NCBI RefSeq assembly: GCF_018977255.1 | Contig: NW_024704743.1 | Coordinates: 85,376,001 to 85,440,000, forward strand | Direction: 5' to 3' | Length of the DNA: 64,000 nt | Origin: Callorhinchus milii | Lineage: Eukaryota | Part shown: positions 24,389 through 37,900 of the stretch, piece after piece | Layout: every line of letters begins with the position of its first letter | Numbering within the stretch: the stretch's first letter is position 1 | Notes under the pieces: generated by a model | What the model saw: the letters and a program-made list of their open reading frames with translations, nothing else | Databases searched by the model: none | Told to the model about the DNA's origin: nothing | Made by a program: the position numbers and the translations under genes

Positions 24389-24424
24389 GTAAGTATATCA
24401 AGGTGGCAACTGCGCTTCCGAATG

Positions 24425-25065
24425 TACATCCTCTTTGGTCTTTCCTCCATGGGGAAAATGGTTCGGCTTCTTGGCACTTCCTCATAGCGTGGCTGACATC
24501 AAAGCATCTGTCATTTGGGGTATTTCTACCTCGCATCCGTGCCATGACCCGCTCTGCCTTCCCCTACCTGAACAACATTGCCCAGTTCCTCCACTGCCTC
24601 ACCCCTCAGGCCGGCGAAACCCTCATCCATGCAGTCACCACAACTAGGCTCGAGTACACCAACTCCCTGCTTGTCGGCCTTTCCTACTCTGGCTCCCCAT
24701 TCTCCAGCGGATAGAGTTTAAAATCCTCGCCTTCAAGACTCTCCACGGCCTTGCCCCTCCCAACCTGTCTGCTCCCTCTGCTCAGCAGACTCTGGCCTGC
24801 TCCACGTTCCCTGCCTAGTTCGCCCCACCATTGGCGGTCGGGCCTGCTGCCCTCACCCTATACAACTCCATCCCACATTTCCTTTGTCTCGCTCCCTCCC
24901 TTGTCTCCTTAAAGGCGCATATCAATACCCTCCTCTTCGACCGAGCCTTTGCCTGCCCTTCACCCTCCCCAATCCCGACCCCCAGCTCAGATCCACATTC
25001 CTGACTGTTCAGCGCCTTGGGGTGTCCTCCCGATGTGAAAGTCGCTATACATATGTAATTTTGTA
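24425..25065 (+). mobile_element. L2-like LINE 3' fragment filling most of intron 2
   Basis: Motifs ETLIHAVTTTRLEYTNSLLVGL and terminus gtgaaagtcgctatacatatgtaa. Colinear with 59190-59930. Confidence 0.85.
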
Positions 25066-25131
25066 ATATGAGTTCAAAGAAGTGTTAATTGTTCAGATAT
25101 AGTAAAACATAAATTTGTTTTTTTTTAACAG

Positions 25132-25234
25132 CAACAAAAGAATCTTGAAGGATATGTGGGATTTGCAAATCTCCCCAATCAAGTGTACAGAAAGTCTGTG
25201 AAGAGGGGGTTCGAATTCACATTGATGGTTGTAG
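25132..25234 (+). CDS. SEPTIN7: Septin-7 exon 3 ([34 protein letters not shown]+G)
   Basis: Acceptor tttttttaacag|, donor |gtaaga, 103 nt. The translation matches the SEPT7 N-terminal/polybasic region and the start of the P-loop. Confidence 0.97.
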
Positions 25235-25696
25235 GTAAGAATTCAGAATGTAATGAATTCAGTAATTGCTAGTTGTTTTTGCTTAATTTGATACCTCTGC
25301 TGCTTTAAGGAATAATGGCAATGTTTGGCCAGCAGCTATTTTTAAATTGTATGTTCTGTGTCTCATAATGACTCATCCTATGGTAAACAAAATTTTAACT
25401 CAAGAAAAAAATGGCAGGCCAGCAAATGTTTATAATGCCTTGTTTTGAGATAAAGTAGTAATATACTGTGCAGCTATTAAATCAGTAATCTATTATGTAA
25501 TGCAGTGAAGCTAACTAATTCCTGATAATACAAAGATTATTTTGGAAGCCTGTAGTAAAGTCAGAAATTTAAGGGAATTTCATATTGCATCAATGCACAG
25601 TTAGACATTGCATCAATTTATCACCTCCTCCACCATGAAATTGAATGAATTATGCATGAATTTCACTATGAACGTTGAATTGTTCCGTTGAATTGA

Positions 25697-26004
25697 GGAG
25701 TCCTGTAGCTCAGTGGTTAGAGCACTCGCCTCGCAAGTGAGAGACATGGGTTCGTTTCCCAGCAGGTGAAACCATGGGCAAGTTTCCTTACTCTACACAC
25801 CTGATAATAATCCCTCAAGAAAAAAAACAATAATACAATTGGTTGCTTCAATCCACAACTGTTTGTGGGACACTGCTGTGTGCAATTGGCTGCCGCGTTT
25901 CGCCCACAAATATACAGTCAATTCACTTTACTGTGTATTCTGTGAAGCGCTTTGGACGTCTAGAAGATGTGAAAAGTGCTATATCAAATGAAAGGATTGT
26001 TATT
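25697..26004 (+). mobile_element. tRNA(Ala-like)-derived SINE with head and L2-type tail
   Basis: Head has A-box TAGCTCAGTGG, B-box GGTTCGTTTCCC and anticodon arm ctcgc-ctCGCaa-gtgag. The 3' tail is shared with many truncated copies. Confidence 0.85.
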
Positions 26005-26268
26005 TATATTGTTAATTGTACAGATGCGACTTGCTGATCATTTATTTTTCTGTCAACTTGAGTCCCACTGTGTGTCTTGTACCACATATTGGCTGTTGAC
26101 TTATCTAAACTAATACAATACAGTGGCCTTTGTTTTGTTGGAACATGAACAATGAGGGGAAAAGAAGAATTATTTGTGATGGTTCTCTATTGTGCATTCA
26201 TTGGCAGTGGCGGTATTCAGTGCCAAACTGGATTGGCTATTGTGCCCTGTGTTGAATTGTAGGTGTAA

Positions 26269-26560
26269 GTATAGCTCAGCTGGTAGCACTCTTGCCTTTG
26301 GGTCACAAGGTTATGGGTTCAAGCTGCACATCGAGACTTGAGCTAATAGTCTGGACTGATACTGGTGGTCTGGAACATTGCATTGATGTGGGTACTATTC
26401 TCTGATGAGTAGTTAAACCGAGGTTCTGTCCACCTGTTGAGGTGGGCATTAAAGGTCTCTTGACACTATTTGAAAACAGGAATTGCTCTCAGGGTAACAA
26501 TAAATTGATCATTCATTGCTGTGTGCAAAATGGGTTCAATGGTTGGCTACTTGACAATAA
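26269..26560 (+). mobile_element. Deu-domain SINE with tRNA-like head
   Basis: tagctcagctggtagcactcttgcct...gggttcaag head, then gatgagtagttaaaccgagg and gctgtgtgcaaaatgg. Confidence 0.7.
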
Positions 26561-27459
26561 TTGATATAAATGTATTCTAGAAAATTATTAAGCAACAATT
26601 TCAAATGTATCTGTTCTAACCCAAATATTAAAATTGTTACAATTCTTAAAATGTTTAAATGGCTACTGTTATTGGTGTATATGTTTGTGGTTGGTGTTCA
26701 ATTTAGGAATTCACTGCAAAGAAGCAATCAATGTTTACATCAATGCAGTATAATAAACTACTTGGTAGTAATTATAAGACTGACTTAATTAGGGTTTGAA
26801 TGATTTCCTAAATCATGGCAAAGCTTATGTAAATCATGAAATTATGTAGTGTGTGATGATCTACTTGCATATACAACATCTTAATTGATTAAATATAGAT
26901 GGATACTTAACACGCATTTGGGCAGCAAATGAAAGCTCCCATCATTGTGTTAGCAGGAGTGCTGTTGGAGCAATGCTGACATTGAACAACTGTAAAGAAC
27001 CTGAAAAAAAATTAAGAGGCTGAAACTGATCCAGCATTATTATAATGACCTATTGTGTGATATTTCTATTGCGGAGTTTGGGAGAGGCAGATCAAGTTGA
27101 AGGATTTGATTTCCAGCATTGACCTTCAGATTGATCTGCTTCAGTTTTCACATACAGTAATGATTTCCTTCTAAAAATAGATATAAACCTACTGGATCTA
27201 TATCTTTATGTTTGGCGTAATGTTAAATATTAGCTGTTTAGTGACTTGCATAACTGGATACAAAACTATTGTGATTGAATTAGTATTTCTCTTTGTAACT
27301 TACATTACATATCAAGCAAGCACTGATGCCAGGAAAATATTACTCATTTGTATTTTTAAAAAGCCATTAATAACATTTAAAGATTTGCTCCAATATGTAC
27401 ACTTTTATTAGGCAGCCCAGTATATAATACACGAAGTTGTGAAAATGTGATCAACTTAC

Positions 27460-27710
27460 AATAATAATAATCCTTGCATTTGATATAACGCCTTTTACGT
27501 CAGGAGGATGTCTCAAAGCGCTTCACAGGATTTACTACAGTATATTGTGTGTATTGTAAGTGAAGGCCATGGAGTGAATGACAAATTGTATCTGGGGGAT
27601 TGTTGGCCAGGCCACCAGAAGAAAACTCCTCTTTTTGAATAGTGCATGGGAACGATGATGTCCACCTCAACAGACAGATGGTATCTCAGTTTAATATCTC
27701 ATCCAAGGCA
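27460..27710 (-). mobile_element. Deu-type SINE fragment
   Basis: (AAT)n tail plus ccttgcatttgatataacgcctttt, then ttggccagg and tttaatatctcatcc. Confidence 0.7.
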
Positions 27711-28289
27711 AGATTTGTACCAGCTGAGCTAAACGTGTAGCTACCATTCAACAACGTGCACAATAGCCAATCTAACCTTTAATGTTAAAAGCTATATCTA
27801 CAGCTAACAGATCAAAGCGTGGCTAAGGTTGTTTGGATTTTATAAACTTTTCATGTTTATACATTTCAGAAATAATTGTCTGATTCAAAAATATCCTAAG
27901 GTAATGATTTAATCATTAGTCTCATGTTCTATACTCTCTGTATCAAGCGCCCCGGGACCCTACCCTGTGTGGATGGTACTACATAAATGCAAGTTGTTGT
28001 ATCGTCAGCTAATAAACTAGATCGTCATGATTGGACTTCTGGCAGTTTGAAATAGACGGTATAAATTCAATTATTTTCCCTGTTTATATTTGATAGGTTC
28101 TTGACTATAAAGCACAGTTATATATTAGGGAAGGATTTTAAGTTATGAATGAAACTGAAGGCAGAATAATATGGGGTGCAAATAGAAGGAATAATGGGGA
28201 TTTGAAAGCTCTTCATTTGAAAGCTATTGAAGCGATGGAGGTTGATTTAATGAATTGGTTATTCATCTCTACTGTTTGTAAGACTGTTG

Positions 28290-28447
28290 GTCGAGATTAG
28301 CTGTTGTCACTACACTCATATCGTTTCGCCTACAAAATGCACAATCAATCCACTTTACAGTATATTCTGTGAAAATCGTTTGAGACTTCTCGAAGACGTA
28401 ATAAGGCGCTATATCAAATGCAATAATTATTGTTATAATAATAATTA
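28290..28447 (+). mobile_element. tRNA-derived SINE 3' part
   Basis: cactttacagtatattctgtgaa...aggcgctatatcaaatgcaa(TAA)n. Confidence 0.75.
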
Positions 28448-29454
28448 TAAGATACACTTGGATGTTTAAGCACTCTGTGACGCCACCTTGCTTGAGGGTA
28501 AACAACAACTTGCATTTGTCCCCTGAAAAGTAAAAAATGCAAGTTGTTGTTCAGACAAGATGATGCACTTGATTTTTTAAATCTTACAGGAGGCAAATAA
28601 AATGCTCAAGGTGCATATTGTCTTGGGAGATCAGTGGACATTAATTCTTAGGTCAGCAGGGTGACTTGGTCTGGCTGCAGATATCTCTACAACTGTTTGT
28701 GGTTCAAATGATATAACTGATAGTTAGCCAATTGTAACAAACGAGAATGATTGGAATCCCTGTAAGGCAGCTTGTTGGGAGTTGAGATTTGACTACTTTA
28801 ATTCTAGGCCTTTGGACTATTTTTTCTGCAGTGTTGCGGTTAAAGTACTCTTTTCAGGGGATAGGAAACCCTACTCTGGTTTTGTTTTCAGTGCACCAAA
28901 CTTGACTGTTCTAATTCTAATACTAATTTGATATTATCCCTTTCACATTGGGTGGGCATCTCAAAATGCTTCACAAGTTTTACTGCAAATTGTAGCGACT
29001 GTGTACTTCATATTTCTTGGTGCCAATGTTAAATTCCAGATTTCTGTGCTGTTCTGAATGCACAGTTTGAAGCGAGGTTAGCCTAACTTTGCATCATGCC
29101 AATTCAACATAGAATTTGTTGCTGAACTTTTAATTTAATCTTTAAGAGAACAGTTGTAAGTAAAGTATTTCTTTCTCAATTATCATAAAATGTTTCTTTT
29201 GGCACTGGATCGTGTTCTTTGGGTGGGAAAGCTTCCTGCTTTCATTTTTCAGAAATCACACTTGAGATGTTAGACAATTTAAGTGGAGGAAAAACAAAGC
29301 TGGGGTAATTCCTGTTAAATGATGGCTACAAACCAGCTGCTGCGAGGTGGCTTATGGTATATATTTAAAAGTCCAATCTTTTAGGATTAATTAAAATTTA
29401 AGATTGATTAATTTAATCTTACTAAATTAAGATTTGCCAAACAATGCTTTTCAA

Positions 29455-29710
29455 TGGCAAGCTATGTGGTTTTAGCTGTTTGAACTCCAGGAGTTCGCCA
29501 ACTCACAATCTGGTGTCCCCAAGCCTTGGCTCTTGCCAACATACTCTCTGGATTTAGGTCATTGGGGTGCGGCCCTCCTGTGAGACCGTATCATTCCAAT
29601 TCATGATGATTTCCATGTGTAGGTGGGATGCACATAACTCTTGTTTGGTTTGGATATTCTTAAGCAAGGTGATGGGTTTCTGCAGTTGTACCTGACTGAC
29701 CAATACAAAA
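29455..29710 (+). mobile_element. Unclassified A-tailed repeat, 5'-truncated copy
   Basis: tgtggttttagctg...ccttggctcttgccaac...gtgatgggtttc...cctgactgaccaatacaaaa. Confidence 0.75.
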
Positions 29711-29834
29711 TGAATTGGGATTCCTAGTTAAACCACTTGCTTTAGCCATTCTTCACTTTATCTGTTCTGTGCTGGCAAAGGCAACACTCTGGTTGCTGAA
29801 TTAACTACCAATGCTCATGTTTATTTAAAAAAAA

Positions 29835-30006
29835 GATTTGGTCACTCAATCCACAACTGTTTGTGGGACACTGCTGTGCGCAATTGGCTGCTCCATTTTG
29901 CCCACAAATATACAGTCAATTCACTTAACAGTATATTCTGTGAAGCGCTTTGAGATGTCTATAAGACGTGAAAAGTGCTATATCAAATGCAAGGATTATT
30001 ATTATT
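29835..30006 (+). mobile_element. tRNA-derived SINE 3' part
   Basis: Highly similar to 25835-26004. Confidence 0.85.
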
Positions 30007-30929
30007 TGTTCATTACTATACTGGCAAAGAGTAAATTGGCAATAGATAAGCTGCAAGGATGTAATTTTCGTCGTCAGTGGAATATTTTCCAGGAGGTGGA
30101 CTTTCACCAAGATTCCTTGAGATGCCAATTGGGTCTAATAGCCAGTTGTCAGCAGCTCCATGATCTCCCAATCCAAAACTACACTAGTAGTTGGATGCTG
30201 GCCACATGGTCTGGCACAAACAGTTGAGTATCTTATAAAGCAGCATATTGGTCAAAAAGAAACTGTACGACGTTTTTGTTCACTGATTATGACATTCAGA
30301 TTAGAAACTGTTTCCTAGCAAATAATTTATATTGTATATAAACATATGATCCAATGTTTCTTAAGTAACAAAACAGAAATTATATGCCTTTAAATATCAT
30401 AGGATTTTAGTTTTGATATTTTCATACTGACGTTTTTAAGTAGACAAAACGCTGACCTGTCAGGCTTGACTTATGGAGTACTTTCCATTTCCAATTCAGA
30501 ATTCTGGATCTCTCACACAGGATACCGAGAAAAGTCCAGATCCTTCCCTGCTTTGAGGGGGAGGGATGTGGGAGGAAATTGGAGGGGAGTTGCCATATGG
30601 ATGGTTGTGTGAGTCTGCTGGCTAAGGAACAAACATTCCATCCAGCACTTCCTTCATCTGTTGGATATTAATGGTCTGGGAAAAAAATGGGCGAGGAATT
30701 GTGCTAAACAGTAAAACAGCAAAAAGGAGGCTTGCATACATATTCAACCTGATCTGATAAGGAAGGGGGCATGAGGGAGATGAAAGGAGGAAAACGGACA
30801 CAAGCGGGGGAGGAGAGAGGCATGAGTTGGAGGGGAATAGGAGGAGTGCAGGCTCATAAGTATACAGTGTAATACATAGTATTGGAGAATGGTCTGTTTC
30901 TGTGCTGTATATTGTATGCAATAGAATTG

Positions 30930-31475
30930 ACGGTGAATAAGAAGAGACTTTCTTATGGTTGCAAAATCCAGAACACGAGGGCATAATCCAAAATTAGAGC
31001 TAGACCCCTAAGTGAAATCATAAGACTATTAACTCAAGAGTTGTAGGATTGTGGGATTCACTTCTTCAAAGGCCTGCTGATGTAGAGTTGGTAGAAATGT
31101 TTGAGGGAAATAGATAAATACTAGGCTAACAACAATGTGGAGAAAATGGTCATGAGCTGGGCCAATAGAAAGGTGAGGCACCTATTTTTCCGCAGAGCCC
31201 TCCCCAGGGCCACTCAGTTTTTGTTAAAGAAAGCATTACATATATATTTTTTGCAACAATCTGATATGTGCTATTTCTTCATGTTTAGTCTTTTATCATT
31301 AAAGTGAAGGTTAGGTTGGCAATAAAATGTACCTCAAAATTTATCAAATTTCCCCTCATTTTTGGCAAATATTTTCTATTGGCTCTGGTTATGAGTTACA
31401 GATGAGCCATGATCTCTACGTAACTAGTGGAGCAGGCTTGAATGGCTGATTGGCTACTTCTATTCCTATGTTTCT
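30930..31475 (+). mobile_element. CR1-like LINE 3' fragments
   Basis: actcaagagttgtaggattgtgggattcacttc (TQRVVGLWDSL) and terminus ggagcaggcttgaatggctgattggctacttctattcctatgtttctat. Confidence 0.65.
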
Positions 31476-31739
31476 ATAACTATTAATAAATAATGCTTTC
31501 TTGAATGGTACCCCCTTAGTCTAAGATTTCTGATTAAGTGACTAAACAGTTAATCTGATAAACTTTGAATGGATATATTAAATGAACTTGTAAAAATAAA
31601 CAAATTTCAAGAAAACTTGATTGTATTGAGGCTGCCTTCATTTTATGTTCGGGAAAAGTAAACAACATGCAGATGGTGCTCTTGAGTGGAATAAACAGAA
31701 TGGTGTTTTTTTGATGGTTATGTCCCTACCTCTTATAGT

Positions 31740-31995
31740 TTTAGCTGGGTAAACTCCAGTAGTATCCCATTGTACATTCTGGGTTCTCCAAGCCTTGGCT
31801 TTTGTCAACCTGCATCTAACACTTCGGAATTAGATAAGCAGGATGCATCCCTCCAAAGAAAGATTGCATATGCCATTCCAGATGTACAAAAAATTCCCTG
31901 CAATAGGTGTTGTATAGGTGGAATTCTTGTCTGTTTTGATGAGTCTTAAGCACGATGACGGATTTGCGTACATTTCAGACACACAGTTGACTTTT
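31740..31995 (+). mobile_element. Unclassified A-tailed repeat, degenerate copy
   Basis: gttttagctgggtaaactccag...ggaattagataagcaggatgcatccctcc...cagacacacagttgac. Confidence 0.7.
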
Positions 31996-34900
31996 TAGGA
32001 CAGTTGAATGGTTAAAGCTGCACCAGGCCACGAGTTCAGTAAGATTTCAGTAAATGACCGTTGTGGTTTTCATAACTGAAATTTCCTTTAAAGGAAATCG
32101 CCTTGGTGAATGCATCACTCAGTTGAGACGGTTTATTAGAGCTTCCTCTACTTATCTCAAAATGAAAAAGAGCTCACTCAAAAGTTTTAAAAACTTGCAA
32201 AATTTTTCTCTTATTTTGGACCTGCTTTACAGACTGTAATTGTGCAGAAATACTTGGAAGTTAAGAGAAGTTTTCAGTTTTCTTATCCAAATCCAGCATA
32301 TCTGTTTCTTGCAGCGGATGCAAACAGTGGAGTTAGCTCAGGACAGAAAATCTGGAATTAGGAAAGCCTTTATTCTAAGTATTTGGAATATATAGGTGAA
32401 TGTTTCTGAGTGTCCTGGAATAATACAATAAACGTTGCATTTAATGTAGCTTGTATAAATGGCACAAGTGAGTGGCAGAGGCTGGAGATGATTTTTGACC
32501 ACGCTTAGTCACCTCCCAATTCACCTTTGCCATTGTGCCCAGATGTTAACCTATGTGAAGGGTGTGAGATAAGATGTTGTAAATATAGTAGTAATTTGTG
32601 AAGCACATTTCCACGAGCTTCAGGGCTTCATGGCAAAATACACCAAAATGGCTTACTTCTGGGTTTTCAAGCCGAAGTTGCTTCCTGATCTGATAACTTA
32701 ACCTGCAACAAAATGAAGTGCCTTATTATGGGGTTTTATTGAAAAAAAAGTCCTCTTTAATATTATTTAAGCTGCATGGTCCTTTCATACTATTTGTTAT
32801 TTGTAAACTTGTGATTTTTTCTGATTTTGTAAGTTGTATAACCATGTATAAATTAGCTACATGCAACTTTTAAAAATTATTTCCAAGGAAATTTGTAATC
32901 CCTCAGTTACTTGTACGTCTCACAGAATGTGATTTCACGCAAAGTTTTTAATTTCTATCTTAGACAAAGCCTGGAAGATGCTGCATCGTGTTTGGGGGAG
33001 GAGGCCTATAATTATTTTAAAGCTGTGGCTGTATATTGTGTATAGTTGAGAGGCAACTTAAATAATTATTTGGAATTCAAGACTTCAGTTAATATCCATT
33101 TTCAATGGAGTGGTTTCATATAGAGCATGTGTCAACAAACTCCATCCCTGAAATCTTGTCCTTAATTCCTGTTTATGTATACTTCATACATCTTTGAAAT
33201 ACTGGAGCCTTCAAAGCATTTCTGCTTCAGGATTTGATCTCAGGGTTGGTGGTGTAATACATCTAGTGTAAACTAAAGTGTAAAGTTCAAGGTATTTACA
33301 TTAAGTTTTACAGCCTTCATTGCTCAAATTTGGTGCTCTTGTTTCTCAAATGAGTAGTAGTTGTGTAGCTAATAGGCTCGTACTTTCCTTTTTAATGTGC
33401 TGTAATTGAATGCTGAGGAGATCACTCAATGTTACATGCAGCCTGTGTTTGTATTTAAAAGTAGAAGCCAATTCTGACTTTTGGAGAACAAAACATTCTG
33501 TATCTGCTTGCACAAAACACAAGTCAAATGTAGGATATATTCTCCTAAGATAACAGTATAATTTTTTTATTTCCACACAAGCCAGACCTGTGAATAGCCA
33601 ATTTAGTGCTGAATTACAGGCAAACTGTGGATTCATGCCAACAAAGAATTGGAGTAAGATTGACCAAACACAGTATTAAAAAAAAATGGATGTTGGATAC
33701 ATTCCAAAATTCAGACAAATGGCCCATTTTGTTAACTAGATTGCCTAACATCCAAATTGCCATGTATCTTTCAGCCTTTGGTCTGAGAGCCAGAAACATT
33801 CAACGGCCTATGGCATAAACCAGCAGCAAAGACTCCGCTGTCAAATCCTTTGTGTTCTGAAAGTTGGCTGTTGTCTTCATCCTGTAGCTCTTATTTCTCT
33901 CCCAGGCAGTAATTTTTATAGTTTTTCTGGCTTGCAACAGTGGTGGCCAATATGCAGTTTTAACAATTGAAAACTGGTGAGTTTGTGAAATGAATCTGCT
34001 GGCTGACAACTGTCCTGTAGTTTAAACAAAGTGACTATATTAATTGACGGGAGACAAATGCCTGAGCGAGAGATTCAAATTGAGATCATCTAGTGTTTTT
34101 GGTCCCAGAGGTGATGATATTCTGCACCACCTTCACTCAGTTCTAGAGTTAGAATAGCTTTTGAAAGCATTTATGGAAACTTAGAAATTAATAGTTTTAG
34201 AGAATGTCTTCTACTAGTAATTTATAGATGTCTATTACAATGGTAATTGAGCTTCAGTCATTGGCTAATTTTTCTATTGGAATAGAACTAATACAATAAT
34301 TTCTTGCTGCCAGTGCTCCTTATCCTGTACTCAGTTGGTTCTTATGCAGGTTTCATAAAGTCACTGTATAAATCATTTAAATCAACAGTTTGCAGCTCAC
34401 ATGTCTAATTCACCAATTAATACTGTGCTATATGTTTTCACTGAAAGTTGTGAGTTGTCACTTCAAAGATATTCCTACATGTTGCATTCCATTGAGACCT
34501 TTGCAAATGTACTTGTACTGTATCCAATGGGTGTTGGCCAAATTTGTACTTGCTCCTTTATTTTTCCTTCTCAGCTGGCAGTAATAACGAGCATTTAAAT
34601 TGGAGCAGTCTCTTGCTGCTTGAAGAATGAGGTGTGCACAACTGTGAGTTGCTTCAGGAAACCTCCAGCATGCTTAGGGGATAGTTGACTATGTGTGAGT
34701 GCGTACATTCATATTACACATTTTTAGAACTTATGATCACATTTCCCAAATTATAACCTTTTCAAATATTGAGCTTGAAGGAAGGAAATGAGAGGGCATT
34801 ACTGGTCACTCCACATGGAAACTTTGGTGTGATAAAACTCTTTGCCTTTTGCATTACTTAGTATAGTTTTGAGTATTAATGGCCTGTACTGCTAAGAAAC

Positions 34901-37900
34901 TTCCCCTCTGACGCAGATTAGTGAAAGCATATTCAGGACAGTCTAAATGCGAACAAGATACTAAATTGCTATTTCTATTGAGAAAGCTATTTATTTATCT
35001 GTGAATGTTTCCAACTTTCTCTTAGATTTTAATGATGCTTTGATCGCATTTTTGTAACTTTGCTTGCTCTTGTGAGCTTTACGTCACTGTACAAATATGT
35101 GACCCAGGTCTGTAGCTAAACATAGAAGAGATTACAATCTTTGGAGTTGTAGACCAATTTCAATTGTGCATTTATTTGCTTTTGGACAGTAAATTAAATG
35201 GGAAAATGGGATCTTCTCATCTGTTTGCTGTTAAAAACGGATCAGGAGTTGACATTGACAACTCTTAATCCATTTTCATCCTCTCTCTCTCCCTCCTCCC
35301 ACCAATTCTTCAAGCACATACCAAACTTTGGCCTAAGAGAGCAGGCAGGGGACCTATTCCCAGGCCTTGGTGATACTGTTTTATATCCCGCTGGTTGTCT
35401 GCATGATGTCTATTGGCTTTTTTCTGTGGGGAAGCACTAAGTTTGTTCTCTGCCAAACCTTTTCTAATGGTTCAGCACGATCTGTATCTTGTGGGTTTGG
35501 ATATAATACAGAGACGCTGCGGACATGCTGCATGCAAAAGTGCTGGTGCACTTCCGGCACTGACTAGCCCGATTCCTGCGCCTGACATGTAGGCATAGAA
35601 GTCTTTGAAGTTCGTGGTATCCCAGCAACTGCTGGATGTGCTAATTGGCTGCATTAACCCACTAACTGCTAAAACGTGCAGTTGCATTTTATGGATCCGA
35701 AGCACAACATTATAACTGTAGTAAATGATTGGATTAAAAAAAATCCATATAGGTAAGCCCCCATCTAAAGTTCTATTAGTTAAAGCCAGTCAATGCAGAA
35801 ACAAACTAAGTAATTAATTCCAGTTGCAAGGTGACAAAGAGCCAAGACCGAGTCTGGCATCATTTTTTATTGGCAAAGTCTAAGATCACAAACTCTGAAG
35901 AAATTATTCAAAGCTTGATGGTTTTAACAAATACCAATTCAATGCTGGAAGTTTAAGCTTTTCAAATGGTATCCCAGAGGTGAAGCTGATATTTTTTTAT
36001 TCAGCCTGTTTGAAATCTGTTAATGCACGTGTAACTAAAGTTGGTGTGAGTTCTTCCTCATAATATTCTTTCTGTCGAATATGTGAGTCTTTGTAGCATT
36101 GTGTGACAGATAACCACAAAGTAATTTTTTGTTTGTACTCTAGTTGATAGGATATTTAGCTGTGATCTCATATCTGGCATTCAGTATTTATTACTTTGAA
36201 GTACACCAATTTAATTATGCCGAGCTTTTGTTCTTTAATGCTGCGGCTTTTTTTGTTTTTTAATAATGCTAATATTGGGGATTAAGAGACAAAATGTGAC
36301 GCAAAACTGGTGACTGTGTTGCAATCTGAACCTCTGCCACTTTTATATTGCTTCCAGATTTCTTGAGGGAGCTTTTGACAATTTGCATACGTGGGAGCAT
36401 CTTAAGTCAAGTCAGGGTTGTCCAAGCTTTTGGCTGCCGACGGCCAGTTTCCCCATTTGAGAAAAGTCCACAGGCCGCATAAGCAATCTTTTGTTTTCCT
36501 TCCAGGACATAGCATTTACACAGCACCTTTTTCATGTTGGAAGGACATCTTGACAGTGTTGGCTGGGCACCTGAGCTGGGGTGGGAGGTGGGATGGGGAG
36601 GGGACTAAATGACCAAAAGTGTGGCTGCCAGTTGGACCGTGCTGGCTTAAATATGACGGTTGTGTTAAACTTAACATATGGCTTTAGAAGTGTATTTATT
36701 GCCTGTACCCAAATAATGAATATGGAGATTTAGAGATGTGCTTGAATTTAAGACCACATTTGCTCCTAGTCCACCTTGTGATTTTAGTACTGTTGCTTGC
36801 ATAGCAGAGATCACAAAATAAAGTTCTCGTTGACTTTCCACAGGCGCAAATGTTTGATAGCATTGTGCAGTGATGTCGAGCGATCTGCACATACTCAGAA
36901 CATTATCAGATTGGCTAATTCAGCAGTTGGAATTTTCATTTATCGAGTTAGATCTCTTGTATGCAAAAGATAATTGGGTTTCAATGCAAGCAGCACCAGG
37001 AAAACCTTTACATCAGGAGTTGGCTTTAGAGTTGGCTTCTGGAGATGCCCTTGAAATGTAACAGTGGGATTACATTTTACAATGGAGAAGGAATAGTTTT
37101 CATCTTAAAAAGACTCAACCTCAAGCCTCTTGCTTGTGTTCCCTTTTAGGTTACGATATTTAAAAGTTTATTGCAATTCTAAAAAGCTTAATTTGTGTAC
37201 TCGTTGTAAAAGTCTCCCAAATAGGATAAGGGTTTACAAATGGAGGAAGATAACTAGCATTTTAACTCTGCTTCACACATACTCAGCTAGCCAGGAGTAC
37301 AAATCAGTTAGCTTCACCAACAGTAGCAGAAATACTGAGAAAACAACAACAAATGAAATTGTTCACAAAAGGACATTGAACAGTTTTCACATTACTGTTT
37401 AAAAATATTTCAACTTTTTTTCGTTAAATACAGAAGTGCACCTCATTCACTTCAGCTTCACATTCCATCTAACTGCTCCAATTAAACCTGACATTTTTGC
37501 ACCATTGTTAATATTCACACACTGGAACCAGACCAGTTCAAAAATGAGGAACAAGAATTTTGATGCCTCCAGGACGAATAGTTTGTTTACTATAAACACC
37601 AATAAATAAAGCATCTCATTTGACTTACCTATCAACATTTTTCTGATGTTTTCCAGACAAAGTGTATTACATAAACTATTTTCTTTCAATGTGACGAAAT
37701 TCATGAATGAAAACTTGCTGCACTTGAAGATATTTCAACTTGATACGGCACTATAAAAATGGAAAGAATGCATTAAATGTGTCCCCATCCATTTTAAATT
37801 GCATCTGTGATTCAATGTTCCTTTTTACAAACTCCTGAAATTACCTATAGTGGTATTACAGTGAATTCCTGTTAGAATGCAGTACTTGGTCCATAAAATT

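Noticed and set aside
25697..25770. Possible tRNA-Ala gene (also 50872-50945)
   Set aside because: Runs directly into a SINE body and tail with no oligo-T terminator and an imperfect acceptor stem, so it is a SINE head.
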